Source: an uncultured Candidatus Saccharibacteria bacterium
GTDB taxonomy: Bacteria; Patescibacteriota; Minisyncoccia; SW-4-49-11
Direction of reading: 5' to 3'
NCBI GenBank assembly: GCA_964585065.1
Contig: CAZPCB010000003.1
Location: 526 to 64,525, forward strand
Length of the DNA: 64,000 nt
In this document: positions 49,293-58,424 of the stretch, piece after piece
Position numbering within the stretch: position 1 is the stretch's first letter
How the letters are laid out: every line of letters begins with the position of its first letter
The notes under the pieces: generated by a model
Databases searched by the model: none
Told to the model about the DNA's origin: nothing
What the model saw: only the letters and a program-made list of their open reading frames with translations
Made by a program: the position numbers and the translations under genes

Positions 49293-52220
49293 TTATTGAC
49301 AGGAATCACAAATTTGACCTTCTATTACCGCAAATATATTAGATTTGGGTGGTTGAGGAGGTAAATTCTCAAGAGATATTGATGCAGTTGTAGGGGTGAG
49401 ATTTGTATTAGCTATAGAGGTAGTTGCAGGACTTGGAGCTTGAATTGACCCAGACTCTATTGCATTTACTACTGATTGAGCTTCTGGTATTGCTTGCTCT
49501 ACACTTGCATTTACTGTTGATTGACTAAAATCGCGGCGATGAGTAGTACCAAATTCATTAATACTTACTGTTGATTTTTCTACCTGTGATATAGCAAGGG
49601 TTCTTAGATAATAGGTAGTCTTCACCCCTAATTCCCAAGCATACATATATACATCAGCAATTTCCTTTCCTGAAACTCCTCGATAAAATATATTAAGTGA
49701 TTGACTTTGATCCATCCATTTTCCACGATAAGCTGCTGCCTTTACTAACCATTTTGGATCAATTTCAAATACTTCCTTATATTTTGCTCTTAACTGTTCT
49801 GGGATTTCGGGAATCTGAGAAATAGACCCATCAAAATACTTAATTTTATCAGCAATAATTGGTGTCCATAATCCAATTTTCTTTAAATCCTCAATAAGAT
49901 AGGAATTTATAACAGTAAAATCTCCTGCTTGATTTGATTTTACATACAAATTCTTATATATTGGTTCATTAGCAGGTACCGCATCCGTAATATTAGCTAA
50001 ATTAGATGTGGGTGCAATAGCCATAGTATTAGAATTACGCATTCCATATTTTTTGATAGATTCTCGAACTGGAGTCCAGTCTAATCGCTCAATTCTATTT
50101 ACGGGGATTTGCATTTCACGAGATTGCTCTAAGAGATTTATAGTGTCAACCGGAAGAATTCCTCTATCCCATTTTGATCCTTTAAAACTCTCATAAGCAC
50201 CTTTTTCTTGAGCTAGTTGGCTAGAAGCTAAAACTGCATAATAAGAAATTGCTTCCATAGAATAATCTGCAAATTCTACTGCATCCTCAGTATCAAAATT
50301 AATATCTAATTGATATAGAGCATCATGATAACCCATAATACCAAGTCCAATGGGACGATGTCTTTTATTAGATACTTCTCCTTCTTTAGTTGGGTAAAAA
50401 TTAATATCAACAACATTATCAAGCATTCTAATTGCAATTGGTACTACTCTAGCTATTAATTCTTTATCGAATTCCCCATTTTTTACAAAATATTTTAAGT
50501 TAAGAGACCCAAGATTACATACTGCAGTTTCCTCAGCTGAATTATTAAGAGTAATCTCAGTACAAAGATTAGAATTATGAATAACTCCTACATGATCTTG
50601 AGGGGAGCGAATATTAGATGGGTCTTTGAAAGTAATCCAAGGATGCCCTGTCTCATATAACATTGTGATCATTTTGCGCCATAAATCTTTGGCTTTCAGT
50701 CTACGAAATAATTTAATTTTCCCCTCATCAGCTAATTGCTCATATTTCTTATAGGCAATATTAAATTCAGTCCCATAAATATGATGTAAATCTGGAGTTT
50801 CATCAGGAGAAAATAATGTCCAATCTCCATCTTGGCGAACTCGCTCCATAAATAAATCAGGAATCCAATTAGCAGTATTCATATCATGAGTACGTCGTCT
50901 CTCATCTCCTGTATTTTTACGTAATTCCAAGAAATCTTCTATATCCACATGCCAAGTCTCAAGATATACAACTGCAGCTCCTCGTCTTTTTCCACTACGA
51001 TTAATAGCTGCTGTAGTATCATTGGCAATTTTTAGAAAAGGCACAATTCCCTGACTTTCAACTCCAGTACCTTTAATTAACGCTCCAATTCCTCGCAAAT
51101 TAGTAAAGTCAGTTCCAATTCCTCCAGACCATTTTGACATTTGGGCATTATCTCCAATTACTTTAAAAATATGACTCAAATCATCTTCTATAGTATTAAG
51201 ATAACAAGAAGATAATTGTGGATGATTCGTTCCTGCATGGAATAGAGTTGGGGTTGATGGTACAAAATACATTTGTGACATAATTTCATAGAAATCAACC
51301 ACTTTTTGCTCTCTAATTTCTGGTTTTTCAACTAAAGCAAGTCCCATGGCTACACGCATCCAAAATCCTTGAGGAGTATCAAACATTCTCTTACTTACGG
51401 GATCTTTGATAAAATATCTATCATATAGGGTTTGAATACCTAAGAATTTGAATAAATTATCTCGCTCTGGCTTGATTTTTGTTGCCAACCACTCTAGATT
51501 ATAGTCAAGCATATCCTTACTCAAAATACCGGCATTTACTGCTGCGTGAATATTATTAACAAAAGATTCCCGATAAAGAGTATCTAAATTTGCATAATCT
51601 AAATCCTCTCCAATAACTCCTTCATAAATAGTATTCAACAATAATCTTGCTGCTAATACTGAATAGGCTGGATCGCGATCAATATAAGAACGTACTGTCA
51701 TCACAATAATTTGTGCAATTTCTTTGGTTGTCATCCCATCATAAATACTATTCTCAATTCCAGAGACAATTAAATTAAGGTCAATATCATTTTCTAATCC
51801 CTTAATATGATATGTGATAGTTTTAGTAATATTATATCGATTAAAAGACACCACCTCACCAGAAGATTTACGTACTTTCAAAGTTGGGTGAGCACCTTCT
51901 AATTTTTCTAATTCCTCTTGCCGGGCATCATCATGAGCTTTTCGATAGAGAATATATCCCTTTGCAACATCATAAAATCCTCTCTCCATTAATTTTTTCT
52001 CTACAATATCCTGTACAATTTCAACCGTAGGATAATTATCTACGAATTGAGCATCCAGAGCCGCTACTACAGACTCAGTAACTCCATCAACTTGTTTTGC
52101 CTCCTCAGCGGTGAAATTTTGTTTAACATCAAGAAATGCTTTACTAATTGCCTTCCAGATTTTTGCTTGATTAAATGATACAATTTTTCCATCTCTTTTG
52201 GTGATTTGTGTAACTGCCAT
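49293..52220 (-). CDS. nrdA: Ribonucleotide reductase class I alpha subunit with two ATP cones
   Basis: ITKRDG and VRKSSG cones; LSSCY, SNLCTEI, VCNLGS, TYYLR; C-terminal CDSC. Confidence 0.97.
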   Translation of the reverse strand: MAVTQITKRDGKIVSFNQAKIWKAISKAFLDVKQNFTAEEAKQVDGVTESVVAALDAQFVDNYPTVEIVQDIVEKKLMERGFYDVAKGYILYRKAHDDARQEELEKLEGAHPTLKVRKSSGEVVSFNRYNITKTITYHIKGLENDIDLNLIVSGIENSIYDGMTTKEIAQIIVMTVRSYIDRDPAYSVLAARLLLNTIYEGVIGEDLDYANLDTLYRESFVNNIHAAVNAGILSKDMLDYNLEWLATKIKPERDNLFKFLGIQTLYDRYFIKDPVSKRMFDTPQGFWMRVAMGLALVEKPEIREQKVVDFYEIMSQMYFVPSTPTLFHAGTNHPQLSSCYLNTIEDDLSHIFKVIGDNAQMSKWSGGIGTDFTNLRGIGALIKGTGVESQGIVPFLKIANDTTAAINRSGKRRGAAVVYLETWHVDIEDFLELRKNTGDERRRTHDMNTANWIPDLFMERVRQDGDWTLFSPDETPDLHHIYGTEFNIAYKKYEQLADEGKIKLFRRLKAKDLWRKMITMLYETGHPWITFKDPSNIRSPQDHVGVIHNSNLCTEITLNNSAEETAVCNLGSLNLKYFVKNGEFDKELIARVVPIAIRMLDNVVDINFYPTKEGEVSNKRHRPIGLGIMGYHDALYQLDINFDTEDAVEFADYSMEAISYYAVLASSQLAQEKGAYESFKGSKWDRGILPVDTINLLEQSREMQIPVNRIERLDWTPVRESIKKYGMRNSNTMAIAPTSNLANITDAVPANEPIYKNLYVKSNQAGDFTVINSYLIEDLKKIGLWTPIIADKIKYFDGSISQIPEIPEQLRAKYKEVFEIDPKWLVKAAAYRGKWMDQSQSLNIFYRGVSGKEIADVYMYAWELGVKTTYYLRTLAISQVEKSTVSINEFGTTHRRDFSQSTVNASVEQAIPEAQSVVNAIESGSIQAPSPATTSIANTNLTPTTASISLENLPPQPPKSNIFAVIEGQICDSCQ

Positions 52221-52262
52221 ATCTGTATATATTATGTTTATCTATTATTAAGGGGTAGAACT

Positions 52263-52312
52263 ATTATATCAGACTTATTTTCAATATACAATTTAACCAC
52301 TATATATAGTAT
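52263..52312 (-). promoter_or_regulatory. nrdAB promoter with NrdR-box-like site
   Basis: TTGTAT-17 nt-(TGA)TATAAT; CCACTATATATAGTAT at 52297-52312 resembles the NrdR box. Confidence 0.55.
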
Positions 52313-52366
52313 AGAAAAGCTATATTTCACTACTAGCGAACCATTTCACCTCTAAAATAAAGAAAG

Positions 52367-52375
52367 TTATCCACA
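52367..52375 (+). promoter_or_regulatory. DnaA box upstream of nrdA
   Basis: Perfect TTATCCACA; near-match TTATCCCCA at 52442-52450. Confidence 0.55.
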
Positions 52376-52456
52376 ATCAGCAAAGACTATAATCTTAAAT
52401 AGACTTATATACAGCCATTATATCTCTAAAGTCTAAAATGGTTATCCCCATAATAC

Positions 52457-52476
52457 AAAAAAGAGCCTTTCGGCTC
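52457..52476 (-). terminator. Terminator after rplA
   Basis: GAGCC-GAAA-GGCUC-U6. Confidence 0.75.
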
Positions 52477-52494
52477 GCTTTTATATATGCTGTC

Positions 52495-53175
52495 TTAAAG
52501 CTTTACTTTAATAGATGGACTTTGTGTAAGGGAAAGATATATATGCTTTACAAATTCACCCTTTACCTTTTCTGGTTGATGTTTTTGGACTTCAGCTACA
52601 AATTCTCGAATATTCTTTTCTAATTCCTCAGCAGTAAATGTAACATTACCAATTGCTTGATGAATGACACCTGTTTTATCCATTCTAAATTCAGCTTTAC
52701 CAGCCTTGAATTCTTTTACTACTCTATCAACATCATCAGTTACCGTTCCATTTTTAGGAGAAGGCATAAGTCCTTTTGGTCCTAAAATTTTTGCTACTGG
52801 TGCTACAAATCGCATAAAATCAGTAGTTGCAATTACTACATCATAATTAATACCTCCTGCTTGCTTTATCTCATCAATAATTTCTTTTCCTCCAACTTTA
52901 TCAGCTCCTGCAGCGATAGCTTGTTGTAATTTAGCCTCATCTTCGGTTAATACTAAAACTGTTTTCCCCTTAGCAATTGGCTTGCTAAAAATCACTGCTC
53001 CTCTTACTGATTGAGGTCCTTTAGTACCTTTAAGATTAGTCTTGATATGAATATCTACGCTTTCGGTAAATTTTGCTCTTGCAAAATTTAATACGACAGG
53101 GATACCTTCTGTTAATGGGTATATTTTAGTTCGGTCTAATTGTTCAATAATTGCTCGATAGGCTTTAGATCTCAT
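52495..53175 (-). CDS. rplA: 50S ribosomal protein L1
   Basis: AKFTESVD; ILGPKGLMPSPKNGTVT. Confidence 0.97.
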   Translation of the reverse strand: MRSKAYRAIIEQLDRTKIYPLTEGIPVVLNFARAKFTESVDIHIKTNLKGTKGPQSVRGAVIFSKPIAKGKTVLVLTEDEAKLQQAIAAGADKVGGKEIIDEIKQAGGINYDVVIATTDFMRFVAPVAKILGPKGLMPSPKNGTVTDDVDRVVKEFKAGKAEFRMDKTGVIHQAIGNVTFTAEELEKNIREFVAEVQKHQPEKVKGEFVKHIYLSLTQSPSIKVKL

Positions 53176-53189
53176 AATGATATAGTTAT

Positions 53190-53226
53190 GTAGTATTAGC
53201 GAATATTATTAATAATACTCTCCTAC
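53190..53226 (-). ncRNA. Putative L1-binding operator between rplK and rplA
   Basis: GUAG-GAG-[AU-rich hairpin]-CGCUAAUA-CUAC: two helices around an asymmetric internal loop, as in L1 mRNA target sites. Confidence 0.55.
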
Positions 53227-53648
53227 TCTGTTATTTCTACTCCCATTGATCGGGCAGTACCTTCTACTATTTTCATAGCAGATTCAAGTTCAAAGGCATT
53301 AAGATCAGGTAATTTTTTCTCAGCTATTGCTGATACTTGAGCCTTACTTAATTTTCCTACCTTTGTCTTATTTGGGATTGAAGAACCCTTAGAAAGCTTT
53401 AATTCTTTTTTGATAAGAGCTGAAACAGGAGAAATTTTAAGAACAAAATCAAAAGTTCTATCTTCATAAATAGTTACCTCTACTGGTACAACTTCTCCTT
53501 GTTGTTCTCGAGTTGCATCATTAAATTTGATACAAAATTCTTGTAATTTAATTCCATGGGGTCCTAATGCGGTTCCTGTTGGTGGAGCTGGGGTAGCTTG
53601 ACCTCCTCGAACTTGTAGCTTTACAACTGCTTTGATTGGCTTACTCAT
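53223..53648 (-). CDS. rplK: 50S ribosomal protein L11
   Basis: ATPAPPTGTALG; FCIKFN; GTARSMG. Confidence 0.98.
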   Translation of the reverse strand: MSKPIKAVVKLQVRGGQATPAPPTGTALGPHGIKLQEFCIKFNDATREQQGEVVPVEVTIYEDRTFDFVLKISPVSALIKKELKLSKGSSIPNKTKVGKLSKAQVSAIAEKKLPDLNAFELESAMKIVEGTARSMGVEITE

Positions 53649-53722
53649 AGTACTCTATTCCTTATATAACATACTGGAAGTGATTATATCATATAAGTTT
53701 TATTTTGTGAAGGGGTAAGACT

Positions 53723-54826
53723 CTAATAATCTCGTAATTTGCGGATATTAACATGTTCTCGTATTTTTTCTAAGGCTTTTACCTCAATTTGACGAATACG
53801 CTCACGGGTTACATTAAATTCAGCACCTACTTCCTCTAAAGTATGGGTAATTCCATCTTCTAATCCAAAACGCATTTGAAGAATTTTTTGCTCTCTATCA
53901 TTAAGATCATCTAAAATCTCTTGTAAATGTTCACGGAGTAGATTTCGACTTGCTGTCTGAGTAGGACTTAATGATTCAGTGTCTTCAATAAAATCACCAA
54001 GAGAACTTCCATCCTCATCTCCTACGGGAGCTTGCAGGGATATAGTATCTTGATTAATTTTAATAATTTGATGTACTTTTTCTACATCCAAATCCATTTC
54101 TGCTGCGATTTCTTCTGGCAATGGCTCTCTTCCCAATTCTTGTACCAAATTACGTACTACTTGAGAATATTTATTAATAGTCTCCACCATATGTACAGGA
54201 ATACGAATAGTTCGAGATTGATCAGCAAGAGCTCTCGTAATAGCCTGTCTTATCCACCAAGTTGCATAAGTTGAGAATTTAAATCCTTTGGAATAATCAA
54301 ATTTATCAATTGCCTTGAATAATCCTAAATTCCCCTCTTGAATTAAATCAAGTAAAGTAAGGTTAGGACTTCGTCCTACATATTTTTTAGCAATAGATAC
54401 TACAAGTCTTAAATTGGCTTCAGCGAGTTCCCGCTTTGCTTCTTCATCTCCTTCAAGTACTCTTTTTGAAATATAAATTTCTTGCTCTTTAGTTAAAAGA
54501 GGAATATTTCCAATTTCTTTTAAATACATTTGTACAGGATCTGGCAATTCTTCTTCCCATTTTTCTAATGAAGTATATACTTCACTTTCCTCAATTCCAT
54601 CACTATTTACTCCGGGGAGGAATTCTACCTCATCTTGTACTTTAATTCCTTTTTCTTTGAGGATATCATATAATTCTTCTAATTGCTCAAGATTATCCTC
54701 AATATTGGGAAGCGCATACATAATTTCTGTTTCTGTCACAAATCCCCGCTCTTTACCTTGTATAATCAAGGCTTTTACTATTTTATCAAGGGCTTGTTTT
54801 GAAGTAGTATCATTTGACTTTGCCAT
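53723..54826 (-). CDS. rpoD: Primary sigma factor RpoD
   Basis: Region 1.1; [11 protein letters not shown]; [12 protein letters not shown]; [13 protein letters not shown]; [10 protein letters not shown]. Confidence 0.97.
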   Translation of the reverse strand: MAKSNDTTSKQALDKIVKALIIQGKERGFVTETEIMYALPNIEDNLEQLEELYDILKEKGIKVQDEVEFLPGVNSDGIEESEVYTSLEKWEEELPDPVQMYLKEIGNIPLLTKEQEIYISKRVLEGDEEAKRELAEANLRLVVSIAKKYVGRSPNLTLLDLIQEGNLGLFKAIDKFDYSKGFKFSTYATWWIRQAITRALADQSRTIRIPVHMVETINKYSQVVRNLVQELGREPLPEEIAAEMDLDVEKVHQIIKINQDTISLQAPVGDEDGSSLGDFIEDTESLSPTQTASRNLLREHLQEILDDLNDREQKILQMRFGLEDGITHTLEEVGAEFNVTRERIRQIEVKALEKIREHVNIRKLRDY

Positions 54827-54837
54827 ATATAAATCTA

Positions 54838-56607
54838 TTATCTAGTATTTTTCGTGAAAGTTTTATATTTTTCCAGAATATCTTGCACTTTATCATTATC
54901 CCCTGCTTTTTTTGCTTCCTTTAATTTTTTCAATAAAGCCTTTCTGACCGAGCTTTGATATTGAGTTTTAAGCAAATGAATTGTTTCCTGTATACTTTGC
55001 TGTATTTGCTCTTCACTTGATTGCATTTGTTCAATTTGATAAAAAATAGGTAATAACAATTCTTCAAGAATGGTATATTCCAATTCTGAAACAAATGATT
55101 TACATTCAGCTAAACTTAATGTTTTAGGAGACTTAGTCGTACAGTGGTCTCTTATTTTAATAAATAATTCTCTCAATATTGATTGAGTGAATAGAGACTC
55201 TTCTAATATAAGAATATCATGATTTCCTGGTTTGTAAAGGAGATATGCAATAATATGTTTTTGTAATCGAACAGAAGCAGAGTCCATTGGTCTCTCAACT
55301 ATATCGGTATTATATAATTTTATATCATTTTTCATCTGCATATATATATCTTTTTCTGACATATTTAATAAATCTGCTAATTTTTTGGTATAATAATTCT
55401 TTGCAATAGGATCATTAATTACTTGTATCCATTGTATTAATTGTTGTAATGCCTTGTTTTTAGCAGGAATATCTTCTGATTTAATATTAGCGACAATATG
55501 ATTGAGATAATATTCTATAAAGTCCTCAGCTTTTTCAATTGCTTTTTCCCATAATTGAGGATTTTCTCTTACTAAATCAGCGGTATCCTTACCACCCTCT
55601 ATATAAATAACTTTTACTACTCCACCTTTTTGGGTAATAAGAGAAGCCGAACGCAAACAAGCGGCTATTCCGGCTGCATCATTATCAAAAGCTAATAAAA
55701 ATTGATCTGTATATCGCATTAAAGCCGTAATATGATATTCACTTAAGGCTGTCCCCGATACTGCTACCACATCTTTAATACCCGCTTTATGAGACATTAT
55801 GACATCCATTTGCCCCTCTACTAAAATCACCCTTTTTTGAGTTTTAATTGCAATTTTAGCTTGAGATAATCCAAATAATACCTTACTTTTATCATATGTG
55901 CTTGTTTGGGGAGAATTTACATATTTTCCCATTTGACCATCATCATATTCTGGTAATATTCTTCCCGTGAAGCCCACTACACGTCCCAAAGTATCTTGTA
56001 TGGGAATCATAATACGGCCTCGAAATCTATCATATAAATGATTTTGTTGGCCTTGTATTCCCATACCGGTAGCCTCAATATCTTGAGGAGAATATTTGGT
56101 AATAAGGCGTTTGGTTAATGTTTGATAATTTTGAGGGGCAAGACCAATGCTAAATAATTCTATCAGCTCATCTGTTAAGCCTCTTTCATATAAATATTGT
56201 CTCCCCCTTTCTCCATGAGTGGGATGTAATAAAATAGAATGATATATTTTTGCACTATCTTGTAATATATTAAGAAGAGTTTTTTTATTATTTTCTTTAT
56301 ATGGAGATTTTTCTCCTAATGCTGATTGTAATGATATTCCTGATTTTTCTGATAATATTTGAAGAGCTTCCCGAAATTCAACTCCTTCAATATCCATAAT
56401 AAATTGGAATATATCTCCTGCTTTATCCCCCCCAAAATCCTTATATATTTGTAGTTCAGGACTCACAATAAAAGAGGGGCTTTTTTCACTACGAAATGGA
56501 GATAAAGCTTTATAATTAGATCCTGCGGGGATTAAAGTTACATATTCCCCAATAATATCTACGATATCTAGCTTTTGCTTTATTAAATCTTTTACTTCAT
56601 TATTCAT
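54838..56607 (-). CDS. dnaG: DNA primase (Zn ligands absent)
   Basis: [11 protein letters not shown]; KYVNSPQT; TOPRIM VEGQMDV and FDNDAAG; upstream of rpoD. Confidence 0.96.
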   Translation of the reverse strand: MNNEVKDLIKQKLDIVDIIGEYVTLIPAGSNYKALSPFRSEKSPSFIVSPELQIYKDFGGDKAGDIFQFIMDIEGVEFREALQILSEKSGISLQSALGEKSPYKENNKKTLLNILQDSAKIYHSILLHPTHGERGRQYLYERGLTDELIELFSIGLAPQNYQTLTKRLITKYSPQDIEATGMGIQGQQNHLYDRFRGRIMIPIQDTLGRVVGFTGRILPEYDDGQMGKYVNSPQTSTYDKSKVLFGLSQAKIAIKTQKRVILVEGQMDVIMSHKAGIKDVVAVSGTALSEYHITALMRYTDQFLLAFDNDAAGIAACLRSASLITQKGGVVKVIYIEGGKDTADLVRENPQLWEKAIEKAEDFIEYYLNHIVANIKSEDIPAKNKALQQLIQWIQVINDPIAKNYYTKKLADLLNMSEKDIYMQMKNDIKLYNTDIVERPMDSASVRLQKHIIAYLLYKPGNHDILILEESLFTQSILRELFIKIRDHCTTKSPKTLSLAECKSFVSELEYTILEELLLPIFYQIEQMQSSEEQIQQSIQETIHLLKTQYQSSVRKALLKKLKEAKKAGDNDKVQDILEKYKTFTKNTR

Positions 56608-56645
56608 ATATTCCCCACAGTTATTGATAAGGGAGAATAGAATAA

Positions 56646-57449
56646 TTATGTTCTCCTCTTATTCCTTGCTCTTCTGAATAAAATGGTCAGACCTGTAATA
56701 AAAATAACTATGAGAGCTACCCATTGAGTCATGGTAAGTCCAATAATTCTTGGGTCTCCATAGGACATATCGGTAGTTTGCCAAAAATCAGCAAAGAAAT
56801 GAATAGTTGCTACTCCTAATACAAATACTGATGTCAAATAACCTGGTCGGCGAAATTCATATAATCGCTGATTTAATATGAATAGTATCATGAATAAGAA
56901 TAAATATCCAGCTGCAATATATAATCCCCATGGATGAATATACGATTCAGCCATAGGGAATACCCATGGATATGCTTGATTTGTGATAGCCCCCTTCGAT
57001 ATACTAACAGAAAATACTCCAATATATCCAAAGGCCAACCCGAGTGGGATAATATATAAAAATGTATCAGAGAATCGAAGCCAAGACATTTTAGATCTCT
57101 GTAAGGCTGCAAATCCTTGTAAATAAAACCAACCTACAATAACTGCTCCAAAATATCCTCCCACAATACTGAGATGCCCTTTATAAAAAACTTCCCCCCA
57201 ACTTAATATAGAGACAAAATTAATATCAGCCTGATGCATAAGTAAATACGCAATTCTAGCACCAAATAATCCTCCAAGGGCTGTCATGCTCACCAATCCA
57301 AAAATATCATCTCCAGGAACTCCCTTTCTCTTGGCCTTTTCTAAAGACAAGATAAGTATAAGACAAAATGAAAATACTGCAGCCGCTCCCCATACAGGGA
57401 AATTACTTTGATATTGTGTAATTAAATCAATAACTTGATAAGAGGACAT
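56646..57449 (-). CDS. Lgt-like membrane protein with catalytic residues replaced
   Basis: Lgt framework (GARIAY, GHLSIVGG, PW..HPWGLY, GLTMTQW) with non-canonical active-site residues. Confidence 0.7.
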   Translation of the reverse strand: MSSYQVIDLITQYQSNFPVWGAAAVFSFCLILILSLEKAKRKGVPGDDIFGLVSMTALGGLFGARIAYLLMHQADINFVSILSWGEVFYKGHLSIVGGYFGAVIVGWFYLQGFAALQRSKMSWLRFSDTFLYIIPLGLAFGYIGVFSVSISKGAITNQAYPWVFPMAESYIHPWGLYIAAGYLFLFMILFILNQRLYEFRRPGYLTSVFVLGVATIHFFADFWQTTDMSYGDPRIIGLTMTQWVALIVIFITGLTILFRRARNKRRT

Positions 57450-57475
57450 ATTATGTTTGTATTTTAAATACCTCT

Positions 57476-57745
57476 TTATGCAGGGAATACTTGACTTCCT
57501 GACTCATCATAAAGAGAAATCGCAGCTGTAGGACAAGATTGAGCTGCAAGTAATAAGGTATCATCATCTACTGATGTCACATCAAGAGCGGTAATATCAG
57601 TTTTATCTGAACTTGTTTTATCTCCTTTTAACTTTAATACTGCCTTTCCTTCTGCATCAATTTCGAATACATCAGGATATACTGCAATACAGCTAGCTGC
57701 TCCAATGCATTTATCTCTATCTATTGCCAATGTTTTAATTGCCAT
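57476..57745 (-). CDS. Ferredoxin, [3Fe-4S]-type motif
   Basis: CIGAASC...CP with the second Cys replaced by Ala. Confidence 0.85.
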   Translation of the reverse strand: MAIKTLAIDRDKCIGAASCIAVYPDVFEIDAEGKAVLKLKGDKTSSDKTDITALDVTSVDDDTLLLAAQSCPTAAISLYDESGSQVFPA

Positions 57746-57747
57746 AT

Positions 57748-58011
57748 TTATTTACTTAAATGATAATGTCCTTCTGTACTATCTTGAGTATAATATATAT
57801 TTTTGATTTTGTCACCACATACTTCTTTTAATTTACTCTCAACTACTACGCCAAATGTCATAGAAGACATAGGGCATCCTGAGCAAGCCCCTAATAAGTG
57901 GAGAGTTAAATTACCATTTTCAAAAGCTTCAATTTCAACACCACCACCATCTAATTCTAACATTGGGCGGATTTCTTCTAATACTGTTTCTATTTTTGTA
58001 TATGTATCCAT
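57748..58011 (-). CDS. NifU C-terminal (NfuA-like) Fe-S carrier
   Basis: IRPMLELDGGGV..GACSGCPMS. Confidence 0.9.
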   Translation of the reverse strand: MDTYTKIETVLEEIRPMLELDGGGVEIEAFENGNLTLHLLGACSGCPMSSMTFGVVVESKLKEVCGDKIKNIYYTQDSTEGHYHLSK

Positions 58012-58029
58012 ATATGGAATACAATAAGA

Positions 58030-58344
58030 TTATTTTACACTAATATCAGTAATTTCTACTTCTGTAAATGGTTGTCGATGCCCATTCTTTACACTATATC
58101 GAGTCTTATTCTTATATTTAAAAATAATTTGCTTTTTTCCTCTTCCTTGAGTAAGAATTTTTCCCTTAACCTTAGCCTTTGCTATTGTAGGAGTTCCTAA
58201 AGTAATATCTGAATCATTATTAACTAATAATACATCATCAAATACAATTTCTGAATCTGCTTCAGAATGAAGCTTTTCAATTTTAAGAATAGTTCCTTTC
58301 TCAACTGGATACTGCTTTCCTCCGGTACGAATAATTGCAAACAT
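58030..58344 (-). CDS. rplU: 50S ribosomal protein L21
   Basis: MFAIIRTGGKQY; GHRQPFT. Confidence 0.97.
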   Translation of the reverse strand: MFAIIRTGGKQYPVEKGTILKIEKLHSEADSEIVFDDVLLVNNDSDITLGTPTIAKAKVKGKILTQGRGKKQIIFKYKNKTRYSVKNGHRQPFTEVEITDISVK

Positions 58345-58372
58345 ATACACTACTTATTTAACACTAGGACTT

Positions 58373-58401
58373 ATTATACCGTATTATTGTCAATTTGTCA
58401 A
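58373..58401 (-). promoter_or_regulatory. Perfect consensus sigma70 promoter upstream of rplU
   Basis: TTGACA-17 nt-TATAAT. Confidence 0.85.
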
Positions 58402-58424
58402 TAATAATGACCTTTTTTGACTCT

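Noticed and set aside
52221-52494. Replication origin
   Set aside because: Only one perfect DnaA box plus near-matches, no dnaA or dnaN nearby, and no change in gene orientation. Better explained as the nrdAB control region.
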